Shown piece by piece: positions 26,917 to 37,009 of a stretch of DNA of 64,000 bases. Location: the NCBI GenBank assembly GCA_965116905.1, contig OZ220732.1, positions 256,001-320,000 of the forward strand. Direction: 5' to 3'. A program made the translations under genes and the position numbers. This DNA comes from Longimicrobiales bacterium. Its GTDB lineage: Bacteria > Gemmatimonadota > Gemmatimonadetes > Longimicrobiales > Gaopeijiaceae. The notes under the pieces are model-generated. The model was not told the origin of the DNA. It ran no database searches and worked only from the letters and a program-made list of their open reading frames with translations. Numbering within the stretch: position 1 is the stretch's first letter; every line of letters starts with the position of its first letter.

Positions 26917-27767
26917 CAGAAGGGCTCCCATCTGCTGAAGTACTGTGCCATCCATGCCGTCCCCGCCGGCAGGCTGCGCCCACGCAGCGCAAACCGGGCA
27001 CCCAGCTCGAGCGTCCCGGGCCCGATATCATACAGCAGGGAGGGCTGGAGTTGCACGAGTTCCCGCTGGAAGCTCGGGATCGGGATCCCCTCGGTGACGC
27101 CCGATGCTCCATCCCATCCGTCCACCGCCAGCCTGTATCCGGCCCGACCCGCCCGTCCGCCGAGTTGCACGAAATAGAAGAACTCGTTCCCGAAGTCCTT
27201 CCTCGATTCCATGTTCTCTTCACGCCACCGGTATCCCGCCCAGCCGGACAGGTACACCGAGCGCGGCCAGAACGAGTGACCCAGCTCGGCCATGACCTCC
27301 CAGTCGCGCTGCCCGTCTCCCAACGGGATGATCTCCGCATCGACGTCGAAGTCGCCGAGCGGGACTTTCGCGCCGCCGCGGATCGCGAACGGCAATGTGG
27401 GGTTCAGCCACGCAAGCGGCGCAACCCGCAGCCACACGCGGGTGTCCCCGAAGCCGGTCGACTCCCGCCGCCCGCCGACGTCGTCGTAGCGCAGACGGCT
27501 GAACGAGAACTGGGTCCAGAGGTCGACGCCGCCCACAAGCCCGATCGCCGTGGTGAGAAACGAGGAGGTCGTGACCGCATGGCCCTCGGCGAAGAACGAA
27601 CGAAGCTCACCGCCCGTCCCGAAGTGCTCGCGCGTGTCCTGGTGATAGGTTGCCAGCGCCACCCATCCCTTGCCCGGCGGCTCGACCCACTGTGGTGTGG
27701 CGTTCCTCGCGCCGCCGGCAACGAGGGCAAGGGCCAGCAGCGCCGGTGCTACGCGCGGAGCGGTCAC
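26916..27767 (-). CDS. Putative outer-membrane beta-barrel / transporter-like protein
   Basis: Signal peptide, QWVEPPGKGW, GFGDTRV, KVPLG, PLGDGQRD pattern; GTGA coupling with the upstream gene. Confidence 0.7.
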   Translation of the reverse strand: MTAPRVAPALLALALVAGGARNATPQWVEPPGKGWVALATYHQDTREHFGTGGELRSFFAEGHAVTTSSFLTTAIGLVGGVDLWTQFSFSRLRYDDVGGRRESTGFGDTRVWLRVAPLAWLNPTLPFAIRGGAKVPLGDFDVDAEIIPLGDGQRDWEVMAELGHSFWPRSVYLSGWAGYRWREENMESRKDFGNEFFYFVQLGGRAGRAGYRLAVDGWDGASGVTEGIPIPSFQRELVQLQPSLLYDIGPGTLELGARFALRGRSLPAGTAWMAQYFSRWEPF

Positions 27768-28864
27768 TCCACAATCAGTTCCGTGCCGGGATGGAACCCG
27801 GCCCACGCGAGCCAGAACGCCACGTAGGCATCGGGTATGATGGAGAGTCGGCCGCCTTCGAGAGGCCCGGAAGCGGCCTGGCCAGCGGCAGTCCATGTCG
27901 AACCCGTCTCGTTGTCCACGATCGCGTCGTTCTCTATTCGAAAGGTAAGCCGCTGTTCTCCCACGACCGGCCTCACAGCCACGGCCGCGAATCTGTTCGA
28001 ATCCCACAGGACAGCCGCCGGCGCACCCGCATAGTCGAATTCGTGAACCCATGCCTTGCCGCGGGCTTCCATTGCGTGGAAGGGGAACGCGATGGGGTCG
28101 GCGCCGCTGATCGCCGGCAATCCCAGCACCCGCTCCTTGGGCGGACGCCGGTTGTCTTCGCGCGGAATAGGGAATCCGAGGTAGTCCGGGTTGTCCGGGA
28201 GCTCGTATGTGTTCCCGTAGGGGTTCACCCTGTAGCGGTCCACGTCGAGCAGATCCACACCCACGACCGTGGAGCCCGTGAACAGATCCCGCCAGCCGGC
28301 CCAGGTCATCTCCACCACGGGATGGCGCGTCAGCGCCTGGCCCATCCGCGATCCGCATGCGGCGGCTCCGCGCATCTGCGGCCACAGCGAGTCGTCCGAG
28401 TTCCGGTCGTACATGATCAGGTTGGCCTGAAACAGCAGCCCGGAAACCCCGAATTCCGCGCCGTCCACGGAGGACCGGTCGAAAGCCAGCGCGGAACCGG
28501 TCAGCGGGCAGTAGGTGACGGCGACCTGTTCGGAGCCGCGGCTCAGGTTCACGATTTCGTGGCGGTACATGATGTTGTGCGGTATCGCCAGCCACTCGCC
28601 GTCCAGAAAGACGCCGATCACACGGGAGTCGTCAGTCAGGTACGTGGTCTCCCCTTCGCTTTCGACCGGCACGAACGCCGGTTCCGTGAGCGCCGGGATG
28701 CCGTCGCGGCCGACGCCACCATCGGCGAGATAGGCCGGATTGAGATCACCGCAAACCAGATCTTCGGGGACCTGGCCGATCCGGATGTCGCCCTGGCACG
28801 CCACCGCCGGAATAACGAGTGCAACGATCACGGCCGTCGCGTAACCATATTGAATGCGCGACAT
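27764..28864 (-). CDS. DUF3179 domain lipoprotein
   Basis: Lipobox AVAC; GGVGRDGIPAL, HEIVN, TYCPLTGS, FGVSGLL, NLIMYDR, FWLAWAGFHP. Confidence 0.88.
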   Translation of the reverse strand: MSRIQYGYATAVIVALVIPAVACQGDIRIGQVPEDLVCGDLNPAYLADGGVGRDGIPALTEPAFVPVESEGETTYLTDDSRVIGVFLDGEWLAIPHNIMYRHEIVNLSRGSEQVAVTYCPLTGSALAFDRSSVDGAEFGVSGLLFQANLIMYDRNSDDSLWPQMRGAAACGSRMGQALTRHPVVEMTWAGWRDLFTGSTVVGVDLLDVDRYRVNPYGNTYELPDNPDYLGFPIPREDNRRPPKERVLGLPAISGADPIAFPFHAMEARGKAWVHEFDYAGAPAAVLWDSNRFAAVAVRPVVGEQRLTFRIENDAIVDNETGSTWTAAGQAASGPLEGGRLSIIPDAYVAFWLAWAGFHPGTELIVE

Positions 28865-28888
28865 CGAAACCTCCCTGGACCGGAGCCC

Positions 28889-30634
28889 ATGCCAACAGGA
28901 ACGGAACACGACCTCCGACGGACCCTGCGCCGCATCGACGGTCGCGCCTACCCCGCGTACCGGGACCTGAGGGGCAACTGGCGTCTTCCCCCATACACTC
29001 TCGCGGTTCGCCGGGTCCAAGGCGACCCCTTTGCGGCTCCCAGCGCCGTCGCGGTCATCCTGGATCCGTCCACGGCGGACTTCGAGGCGGCCGCCTTTTC
29101 CACGCCACCCAGGCGTGTCGGCCTTTCCTGCCTCCTCGCCCGCACCTTCGCGGCCGCGGCCCGGGAAACGCGCGGCACGCGTGCGGGCAGCGGCAAACGC
29201 GCGGGCAGCGGCAGAAGCGGCGAAATCACCATGGCCGATCCGGGACAGGTGGTTCTCGCCAACACGGCCGTTGTCGTCGGCGACGATGGTTCGACCGAGG
29301 CACGCTTCACGGTCGGGCTCCCGGCTGCCGGGCGCCGCATCCTGGGCCGCACGGCAGAGCGCCTCCTGCTGGACACCCTTCCCGCGCTGGTCGAGCGCTC
29401 CCTCGTCGCCCGCGCGCACGCACCCGCCGTGGTCGCCCGTCATGTGGAGGCCAGCGAGGACGCGGACTTCCTGCGCGGCCTGCTCCGCGAGCGCGGCCTC
29501 GTCGCGTTCCTCGCCGACGGCTCCCTCCTGCCACGCCGGAGCGGCGTCGACGACCGTCCCCTTGCCGGCGACCGGGCCACGCGCTTCGAATCGCCACCCG
29601 GCCTGCGTGTCACGCTGGAGCGCCCGAACGGTCCTCCCGTCACCGGAATGGGAATACCTCGCGGCGTGACCCTGCTCGTGGGAGGCGGCTACCACGGCAA
29701 GTCCACCGTCCTGGACGCGGTCGCCCGGGGCGTCTACAACCACTGTCCCGGCGACGGGCGCGAACTCGTCGTCACCGATCCCACCGCGATGAAGGTCCAG
29801 GCCGAGGACGGCCGTTCGGTCGCGGGCGTCGACATCTCGCCATTCATCGGCACACTGCCGGGCGGCCAGGACACCACGGCCTTCTCCACCCCGAACGCCT
29901 CGGGATCGACCAGCCAGGCCGCCGCCATCGTCGAAGCGCTGGAGGCCGGTTCGCGGCTCCTGCTGATCGACGAGGACACGGCGGCCACCAATTTCATGAT
30001 CCGGGACCGGCGCATGCAGGCGCTGGTGAAGAGCGACGATGAACCGATCACCCCGTTCATCGACCGTGTGCGGGCCCTTTATGAAGATGTGGGGACCAGC
30101 ACGATTCTCGTCATCGGTGGTTCGGGAGACTACCTGGACGTGGCCGACCGCGTACTCGCGATGATCCGCTACCGTCCGCACGACGTGTCCATGGCTGCCC
30201 GGGACGTGGCCGCCGCCCACCCCACCGGCCGCCTCACCTCCCGCCGCCCCGTCGCCTGGCCCTCGCGGCATCGTGTTCCGGATCCCCGCTCCGTCAATCC
30301 CCGCCGGGGACGCAGGGCGCAGTACATCAAGGTCCGGGATCGCCGCACCGTGGACTTCGGAAAAGACCGCGTCGAACTGGCCGGGGTTCGTCAGATCGTC
30401 TCCCGTTCCCAGACCCGGGCGATTGCGCTGGCACTCGTTGTTGCGCGAAAGTTGATGGGCGAAGGAATGGCTGTAGAGGACATTCTGGATTCGCTCGCCG
30501 AATTGCTGAAACGCGATGGTCTCGACGTCCTGGACGCGGGCCGGCGCGGAGACCTCGCGGTTCCCCGTATGCAGGACATCGCGGCCGCCCTGGGTCGTCT
30601 GCGAACACTAACGCTGACTGGAGAAGGAAAGTGA
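28889..30634 (+). CDS. Predicted ATPase of the ABC class (ABC_ATPase domain protein)
   Basis: IDGRAYPAYRDL, VQGDPFAAPS, GGGYHGKST, AEDGR, NASGSTSQAA, LIDEDTAATNFMIRD. Confidence 0.9.
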   Translation: MPTGTEHDLRRTLRRIDGRAYPAYRDLRGNWRLPPYTLAVRRVQGDPFAAPSAVAVILDPSTADFEAAAFSTPPRRVGLSCLLARTFAAAARETRGTRAGSGKRAGSGRSGEITMADPGQVVLANTAVVVGDDGSTEARFTVGLPAAGRRILGRTAERLLLDTLPALVERSLVARAHAPAVVARHVEASEDADFLRGLLRERGLVAFLADGSLLPRRSGVDDRPLAGDRATRFESPPGLRVTLERPNGPPVTGMGIPRGVTLLVGGGYHGKSTVLDAVARGVYNHCPGDGRELVVTDPTAMKVQAEDGRSVAGVDISPFIGTLPGGQDTTAFSTPNASGSTSQAAAIVEALEAGSRLLLIDEDTAATNFMIRDRRMQALVKSDDEPITPFIDRVRALYEDVGTSTILVIGGSGDYLDVADRVLAMIRYRPHDVSMAARDVAAAHPTGRLTSRRPVAWPSRHRVPDPRSVNPRRGRRAQYIKVRDRRTVDFGKDRVELAGVRQIVSRSQTRAIALALVVARKLMGEGMAVEDILDSLAELLKRDGLDVLDAGRRGDLAVPRMQDIAAALGRLRTLTLTGEGK

Positions 30635-33462
30635 AACGTTCGAAGCGCCAAACTCCCCGTACACGCACGCAGTTCCCCACATCACGTGTCGCGTCGCGCG
30701 TCGCCGGCGCCGCCGCGCCCGGTCGCGTGCCCGTCCAGGCTCTTCTGCTCGCCCTGGCCGTCGTCCTCCCCACGACCGCCTCCGCGCAGGAGCCCGAGCA
30801 GGTCGCCAGTGTCGAGGGCATCACCGAGTACCGTCTCGAGAACGGGCTGAGAGTCCTGCTGTTCCCGGACCAGAGCGCGCCCCAGACCACCGTCAACATC
30901 ACCTATTTCGTCGGCTCCCGTCACGAGGGATACGGCGAGACGGGGATGGCGCACCTCCTGGAGCACATGGTCTTCAAGGGCACGCCCAACCACCCGGACA
31001 TCCCCCAGGAGCTGAGCGAGCGGGGTGCGCTGCCGAACGGCACGACCTGGCTCGACCGCACGAACTACTTCGAGACCTTCCCGGCAACGTCGGACAACCT
31101 CGAGTGGGCGCTCGACCTGGAGTCGGACCGGATGGTGAATTCGTTCATCGCCGCCGAGGATCTCGAGTCGGAGATGACGGTGGTGCGCAACGAATGGGAA
31201 TCCGGCGAGAACAGTCCGTTCGGGGTGCTCTCCAAGCGCATGAACTCCATCGCCTACCTGTGGCACAACTACGGAAACTCGACCATCGGCGCCCGCGCCG
31301 ACCTGGAGAACGTGCCGATCGAGCGGCTGCAGGCGTTCTACCGCAAGTACTACCAGCCCGACAACGCCCAGCTCGTCATCGCCGGTCAGTTCGACACCGA
31401 CGAGGCGCTGGCGCTCGTCGCCGAGAAGTTCGGCGACATCCCGCGTCCGGACCGCACCGGCGACATGCGCATCTATCCCACGTATACCGCCGAACCCGTA
31501 CAGGACGGGGAGCGGATGGTGACGCTGCGCCGCACCGGCGACACGAAGCTGGTTTCGCACCTGTACCACGTCCCGGCCGGCTATCACGAGGACTTTGCGG
31601 CCGTCGACCTGCTGGCGTGGGTGCTCGGCAACCAGCCCTCGGGCCGGCTGTACCAGGCGCTCGTCGAATCCGGACTGGCCGCCTCCGTTCGCGCCGGCGC
31701 CGGTCAGCGGCGTGAGCCGGGAGCGCTGACGACTCTCGCAGTGGTGCGCGACGACGGCTCGGAGCAGGACGTGGCCGCCGCGATGGCCGACGCGATCCAG
31801 GAGGTGCTCACGCGCCCCGTCACGGGCGAAGAGGTGGAACGGGCGCGGGCCGCGCGGCTGTCCTCCATCGACCGCCTCTTCAACGATTCCCGCGCCATCG
31901 CCCTCCAGATGAGCGAGTGGGGAGCCATGGGTGACTGGCGCCTCTTCTTCGTCCATCGGGACCGTCTGCGCGAAGTGTCGGCCGAGGACGTCCAGCGCGT
32001 CGCGGTCAGCTACCTGAAGCCGTCGAACCGCACCGTCGGCATCTTCATCCCCGACGACAACCCCGACCGTGCGGAGATCCCCGTGGCGCCCGACGTGGCT
32101 TCCATCGTCGAAGGCTACACCGGCGACGAGGCGGTAGCCGAGGGCGAGGCCTTCGATCCTTCGCCCGCCAACATCGACCGCCGCACGATGTCCAGCGCGT
32201 TCGCGAGCGGCATGGAAATCGCGCTGCTCCCCAAGGACACCCGCGGCGAGACGGTCGTGGCGTCGGTGACGCTGCGGTTCGGAAACGAAGAAGCCCTCAC
32301 GGGCCGTGGATCCGCGGGGTCGCTCGCCGCCTCGATGCTGATGCGCGGGACCGCGAACCGCACGCGTCAGGAGATCCAGGACGAGATGAACCGGCTTCAG
32401 GCGCAGGTGTCGGTCGGCGGCGGCGGCACGACGGCATCGGGACGCGTGCAGGCCACGCGCGAGAACTTCCCGGACGCCCTGCGGCTCCTCACCGAGGTCC
32501 TGCGGGAGCCCGCATTTCCCGAGGACGAGTTCGAGACCCTGAAGGAACAGCGGCTCGCGGCCCTGGAGAGCCAGAAGTCCGAGCCACAGATTCAGGCGAT
32601 ATTGGCTCTGCAGCGGCACATGACTCCCCGCGAGCCCGGTCACCCCCAGTACACGGCCACGATCGAAGAGTCGATCGCCGAGATCGAGGCGCTGACCCTG
32701 GACGATGTCAGGGACTTCTACGAGACGTTCTACGGCACCGGGGCCGCGACCATGTCCATCGTCGGCGACTTCGACGACGACGAAGCGCTGCGGATCGTCG
32801 AAGAGGGGCTGGGCGACTGGACCGCGCCGGTGGCCTTCGCCCGCATCGGCCGGGGATTCGAGGAGATCGCCCCCGAGGACCTCCAGATCGAGACGCCGGA
32901 CAAGGCCAACGCGTTCTTCGTAGCTGCCCAGGTCCTCCCCATGACCGACGCCCACGAGGACGTGGCCGCGCTGACGATGGCAAACTACCTGCTCGGCGGC
33001 GGATTCCTGAATTCGCGGCTCGCGACGCGGATCCGCCAGGAGGAAGGGCTGAGCTACGGCGTGGGGTCACAGCTGGGCTTCCACCCCATCGACGACGTCG
33101 GCCAGTTCATCGCCTTCGCCATCTACGCTCCCGAAAACCGGGACAAGGTCGAGGCCGCGTTCCGCGACGAAGTCCGCAAGATGCTCGACGAGGGCTTCAC
33201 CGCGGACGAGGTGGAGGCCGGCATCAACGGCTACCTGGAGAACGCAAGCCTCATGCGCGCGCAGGATCCGATTCTGGCCGGTGTTCTCGGCAACAACCTC
33301 TACTTCGACCGCACCATGGCGTGGCAGGCGGACCAGGAGGAAGCGATTCGTTCCCTGACCGCCGCACAGATCAATGCCGCCGCGCGCCGCTGGATCGACC
33401 CGGAGAAGATGACGTTCGTGAAGGCGGGAGACTTTGCCGAGGCCGCGCGCGTGATTCCGTGA
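30631..33462 (+). CDS. M16 family zinc metallopeptidase (two-lobed, PqqL-like)
   Basis: Inverted zinc motif HLLEH, RTNYFE, SRLATRIRQEEGLSY; signal peptide; start uncertain. Confidence 0.95.
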   Translation: MKRSKRQTPRTRTQFPTSRVASRVAGAAAPGRVPVQALLLALAVVLPTTASAQEPEQVASVEGITEYRLENGLRVLLFPDQSAPQTTVNITYFVGSRHEGYGETGMAHLLEHMVFKGTPNHPDIPQELSERGALPNGTTWLDRTNYFETFPATSDNLEWALDLESDRMVNSFIAAEDLESEMTVVRNEWESGENSPFGVLSKRMNSIAYLWHNYGNSTIGARADLENVPIERLQAFYRKYYQPDNAQLVIAGQFDTDEALALVAEKFGDIPRPDRTGDMRIYPTYTAEPVQDGERMVTLRRTGDTKLVSHLYHVPAGYHEDFAAVDLLAWVLGNQPSGRLYQALVESGLAASVRAGAGQRREPGALTTLAVVRDDGSEQDVAAAMADAIQEVLTRPVTGEEVERARAARLSSIDRLFNDSRAIALQMSEWGAMGDWRLFFVHRDRLREVSAEDVQRVAVSYLKPSNRTVGIFIPDDNPDRAEIPVAPDVASIVEGYTGDEAVAEGEAFDPSPANIDRRTMSSAFASGMEIALLPKDTRGETVVASVTLRFGNEEALTGRGSAGSLAASMLMRGTANRTRQEIQDEMNRLQAQVSVGGGGTTASGRVQATRENFPDALRLLTEVLREPAFPEDEFETLKEQRLAALESQKSEPQIQAILALQRHMTPREPGHPQYTATIEESIAEIEALTLDDVRDFYETFYGTGAATMSIVGDFDDDEALRIVEEGLGDWTAPVAFARIGRGFEEIAPEDLQIETPDKANAFFVAAQVLPMTDAHEDVAALTMANYLLGGGFLNSRLATRIRQEEGLSYGVGSQLGFHPIDDVGQFIAFAIYAPENRDKVEAAFRDEVRKMLDEGFTADEVEAGINGYLENASLMRAQDPILAGVLGNNLYFDRTMAWQADQEEAIRSLTAAQINAAARRWIDPEKMTFVKAGDFAEAARVIP

Positions 33463-33485
33463 CCCCGGTCGCTGGCCGGTGGCCG

Positions 33486-33671
33486 CTACTGCACGTGGCC
33501 GGCCTCCTCCAGCAGCTCGCGAAGCCTGGCTTCCCGGTCCGGGAGGGCCGTCCGGGCAATCGCGCGCGCCAGTCTGATTCGCTCTTCCTTGTTCACCTTG
33601 TCCAGCACTGAAATCGGAGTGCCATAACGCAGCAGAATGCGCTTGGCATCGATCGCTACCGAGTCTTCCAC
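33486..33671 (-). CDS. Small hypothetical protein, 61 aa
   Basis: AAGGAGG before GTG; EDSVAIDAKRILLRYGTPISVLD... Confidence 0.7.
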   Translation of the reverse strand: MEDSVAIDAKRILLRYGTPISVLDKVNKEERIRLARAIARTALPDREARLRELLEEAGHVQ

Positions 33672-33803
33672 GCGGGCCTCCTTAAGGGACTGCAACAGCC
33701 GGTACAGTACGAAGTATCGCCGTTTCCAAGGACACCTGCCAACGGACACCTGTTGTTCGCACGCCGCTGTCCGCCGGGCGCCCGGACCCATTATCTTCCC
33801 GCC

Positions 33804-34484
33804 ATGACATTCCCGGTGCTCTCCCCTTCCGTCGAAGACTACCTGAAGGCGGTCTACTCGCTGAACGAACGGGGCGGTGCGGCCGGAACGAACGAGTTGG
33901 CGCGGGCGCTGGAAATCCAGCCCGCGTCGGTCAGCGGCATGATCCGCCGCCTGGCTGAAGACGGGCTTCTCGAGCACGAACCCTACCGTGGTGTCCGCCT
34001 CACCCCGGAGGGCCACCGCGAGGCGCTCAGGATCCTGAGGCGTCACAGGATCATCGAGACGTTTCTGGTGCAGCGCCTCGGCTACCCGTGGGACGATGTC
34101 CACGACGAGGCCGAGCGGCTCGAGCACGCCGCTTCCGAGACCCTCATCGATCGCATGGCCGACTCGCTCGGCAACCCGGCGACCGACCCGCACGGCGCGC
34201 CGATCCCCACGCGGGAAGGCAAGATCGACCCCACCCCCAGCCGCTCTCTCGACGAGGTCCTGCCGGGCACACGCGTCCTGGTCCGGTCGGTCCCGGACAA
34301 CAATCGCGATCGCCTGCGCTACTGCAAGTCCGTCGGGCTGGTGCCGGGGGCGCAGGTGGCGGTCACGGACGCGATCGCCGACAGCGATTCCGTAGCCGTG
34401 GTCGTGGGTGCGGGAACCGAGCCCGTATGGATCGAGGGCACGGTCGCGCAGCGCGTCACGGTGTCGGAGTTGCCGCAGCCCTGA
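33804..34484 (+). CDS. DtxR/MntR family metal-dependent repressor with FeoA-like C-terminus
   Basis: EDYLKAVY, RRHRIIETFL, VHDEAERLEH, DPHGAPIP. Confidence 0.95.
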   Translation: MTFPVLSPSVEDYLKAVYSLNERGGAAGTNELARALEIQPASVSGMIRRLAEDGLLEHEPYRGVRLTPEGHREALRILRRHRIIETFLVQRLGYPWDDVHDEAERLEHAASETLIDRMADSLGNPATDPHGAPIPTREGKIDPTPSRSLDEVLPGTRVLVRSVPDNNRDRLRYCKSVGLVPGAQVAVTDAIADSDSVAVVVGAGTEPVWIEGTVAQRVTVSELPQP

Positions 34485-34491
34485 CGGCGCC

Positions 34492-35472
34492 GTGTTGAGC
34501 AGTCTGGCCGCAATCCCGCGCACCGAGTTGGCCAGCGTCCCGACGCCGCTGATCGCCGTCCCGTCCCTTGCCGCACACCTGGGGACCGCGGTGCGCGTCT
34601 TCGTCAAGGCCGACGACCGCACCGGACTGGGACTGGGTGGCAACAAGGTCCGGAAGCTGGAATACGAACTGGCCCCCGAGCGGCTTCACGGCGTGACCGA
34701 GCTTGTCACGGCGGGTGGCCCGCACTCCAATCACTGCCGCGTTGTGGCGGCCGCGGCCGCCCAGCTCGGCCTTCGGTGCACACTGGTCATCAACGGCCAG
34801 GCAGACGACCCGACGCGCGGGAATGCCCTCCTCCACCGGCTCCTCGGGGCGCGCATCGTGACCGTCGCGGAACGGCAGGACCGGGATCCCGCGATGGAGG
34901 AGGAGGCCCGCCGCACAGCCGCGGCCGGGGGCAGGGCACTGGTGGTCCCGGTGGGCGCGTCGACCCCGAGGGGCGCGCTGGGCTACGTGCACTCGGCGGT
35001 GGAGATGCACCGGCAACTCGACTCGCCGACGCGAGCCTGGATCTTTGTGTGCACCTCGTCGGGGGGCACTCTCGGCGGCCTGATTCTCGGGTGCGCCCTG
35101 CTGGACTGGCCCGTGCGGCTGGTGGGGGTGAGCGCCGACGAACCCGCCGCGGCGGCAAGGGACCAGGCGGTCGGCCTGGCGCTGGACGCTGCCCGCCTGC
35201 TCGGCCATCAGGGACTCGCCGACCGCGTTCGCGCCCTGTCCGACCACGTCGTGACGACGGACGCCTTCGTCGGGGAGGGGTACGGCGCGGCAACGCCCGC
35301 GGGTGACGAGGCGGCACGGGTCTTCGGTGCCCGCACGGGCCTGATTCTCGACCCGGTCTACACCGCCAAGGCTGCGGCCGCGATGATCACCTGGCTCGGA
35401 CAAGGGCGCATACCCGCGTCCGACCAGGCCGTTTTCGTGCACACCGGGGGACATCCGGCGCTGTTTCGCTGA
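34492..35472 (+). CDS. D-cysteine desulfhydrase / ACC deaminase family PLP enzyme
   Basis: PTPL, GGNKVRKLEY, SNHCR, SSGGT, LDPVYTAKA, HTGG. Confidence 0.92.
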   Translation: MLSSLAAIPRTELASVPTPLIAVPSLAAHLGTAVRVFVKADDRTGLGLGGNKVRKLEYELAPERLHGVTELVTAGGPHSNHCRVVAAAAAQLGLRCTLVINGQADDPTRGNALLHRLLGARIVTVAERQDRDPAMEEEARRTAAAGGRALVVPVGASTPRGALGYVHSAVEMHRQLDSPTRAWIFVCTSSGGTLGGLILGCALLDWPVRLVGVSADEPAAAARDQAVGLALDAARLLGHQGLADRVRALSDHVVTTDAFVGEGYGAATPAGDEAARVFGARTGLILDPVYTAKAAAAMITWLGQGRIPASDQAVFVHTGGHPALFR

Positions 35473-35521
35473 CCCGCCCCGGCGCCCCGCCCGGGAGTCA
35501 CATGCAGGAGCCCACGGGCGG

Positions 35522-36835
35522 CTATGACGGCTCCAGCCCCAACAGCCGGACCACGCGGACGGTCTGAACGTCCATCTCGTCGGATTCGATGTACGCCATC
35601 AACCCGTCGGGTCCGAAACCGTCGGGGATACGGAGCCCATCGGCGGGCAGGGTGCCCAGGTAGCGCCCATCCGGGGTCAGCACATCCGTCGGCCCCTCTC
35701 CGTCGCCTCCCGCTCCGGTGCGCGCAACCCAGATGCGGTCCTCGCGATCGACCGCCACCTCGGCGATCACCGGGATCTCCTGCGCGAAGGCCATCGACTC
35801 GACCTGGGCGAGCATCATCTCGCGCATCTGCTGCTGAAAGCCCTCGTCCATGGCCATCGATCCCCCGGGTCCCACGATGCGCATGCGAGGACCCCCGCCG
35901 GACTCGCTGAACGACTCCCGGCGGCGCGCCCGCTCTGCTTCCATGATGGCGTCCGTCACGGCCTCGGGTGCGATCGCACGGCCGACGCTGCCGGTCACCG
36001 TCCCGTCCGCGCCGATCAGCTTGACCTCGTACGCGGTGGAGTCCGCCACCAAGACCCGCCCGTCGGAGAGGACGCCGACGTGAAGTCCGGGATCGAAGGC
36101 GCGCATCCTGCCGAAGCGCATCTCCACGGTGCTCCGCCCCTCCTCGTCCCTGCCCGTCACCTCGTCCCCCGACTCGGTGGGGGGGAGGTTCCAGGCACGG
36201 TACAGCACCGTCTTTTCGGATCCGTCGAGCGAGAAGACGTCGATGGGGCGGCGATGATCCTCTTCCTCACCGTCGTCCTCCGACTCCTCGCCGGGTGCAC
36301 CGGTCCGGAACGTGGGACCGCCGGCAGACACCAGACGCCCGTCCGGCAGCGGAAGGAGCATCGACCCCGGCCCACCTCGCGAGAGGTCGACCGGCACGCT
36401 GCGGACGAACTCGCCCAGCTCGTCGAAGATCTCGAAGGCACCGGGCAGGCTGAAGTCGTAAACCACGAGGCTGCCGTCATCGAGCGCCGCCGCCGCCGTG
36501 GGGTTGCTGAACTCCCCCGGGCCGTCGCCCTGCGTCCCAAACGTACGCACGTGGCTGCCGTCGGGGCCGATCACGACGACGCGGCGAGCGCCTTCGTCGA
36601 CGATATGAAGGTTGCCGTCGGAATCGAAGACGGTCCCGGCGATGATGCCGAAGTTCTCCCAGTCGTCTCCGGCAAGCGCGCCCGCGGTGAAGACTTCCTC
36701 GATCGACGCAACGAGGGGCGTATCGGCGGCGGCCTCCCCGGCGCCGGGTCCCGATTCCCCACACGCGAGGGGGAAGAGGCAGACCACCGCGAGGATCGGG
36801 AGCGTGCGTTGCAGGAAGGATGGATGGTTACGCAT
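35522..36835 (-). CDS. 6-bladed beta-propeller (NHL-like) lipoprotein
   Basis: Lipobox PLAC; FGTQGDGPGEF, VDREDRIWV, DVLTPDGRYLG. Confidence 0.85.
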   Translation of the reverse strand: MRNHPSFLQRTLPILAVVCLFPLACGESGPGAGEAAADTPLVASIEEVFTAGALAGDDWENFGIIAGTVFDSDGNLHIVDEGARRVVVIGPDGSHVRTFGTQGDGPGEFSNPTAAAALDDGSLVVYDFSLPGAFEIFDELGEFVRSVPVDLSRGGPGSMLLPLPDGRLVSAGGPTFRTGAPGEESEDDGEEEDHRRPIDVFSLDGSEKTVLYRAWNLPPTESGDEVTGRDEEGRSTVEMRFGRMRAFDPGLHVGVLSDGRVLVADSTAYEVKLIGADGTVTGSVGRAIAPEAVTDAIMEAERARRRESFSESGGGPRMRIVGPGGSMAMDEGFQQQMREMMLAQVESMAFAQEIPVIAEVAVDREDRIWVARTGAGGDGEGPTDVLTPDGRYLGTLPADGLRIPDGFGPDGLMAYIESDEMDVQTVRVVRLLGLEPS

Positions 36836-36923
36836 CGGAGGCAGACCCGTGGTCGAGGGACAGTGAGATGCTCAGACAATTGGACGTTCGCGGCAACAAC
36901 ATCGTTGCACGGCGCCGGACGGC

Positions 36924-36952
36924 TTTCCACAACCGGCACCGGCGCATACCTT
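36924..36952 (+). promoter_or_regulatory. Putative sigma70 promoter TTTCCA-N17-TACCTT
   Basis: Canonical spacing, upstream of the S9 peptidase SD AGGAGG. Confidence 0.35.
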
Positions 36953-37009
36953 GTTCTCCCCGAAAAAGGCCAAACGACCAGCCGTACGCCACACCGTAGG
37001 AGGAATTCC

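Noticed and set aside
27764..28864. Selenoprotein recoding in the DUF3179 gene (also checked for the DsbA-like gene)
   Set aside because: Both ORFs are open with no in-frame TGA at the redox position.
33672..33803. DtxR/MntR operator upstream of the regulator
   Set aside because: No TTAGG-N-CCTAA-like palindrome is visible, and no metal transporter is adjacent.
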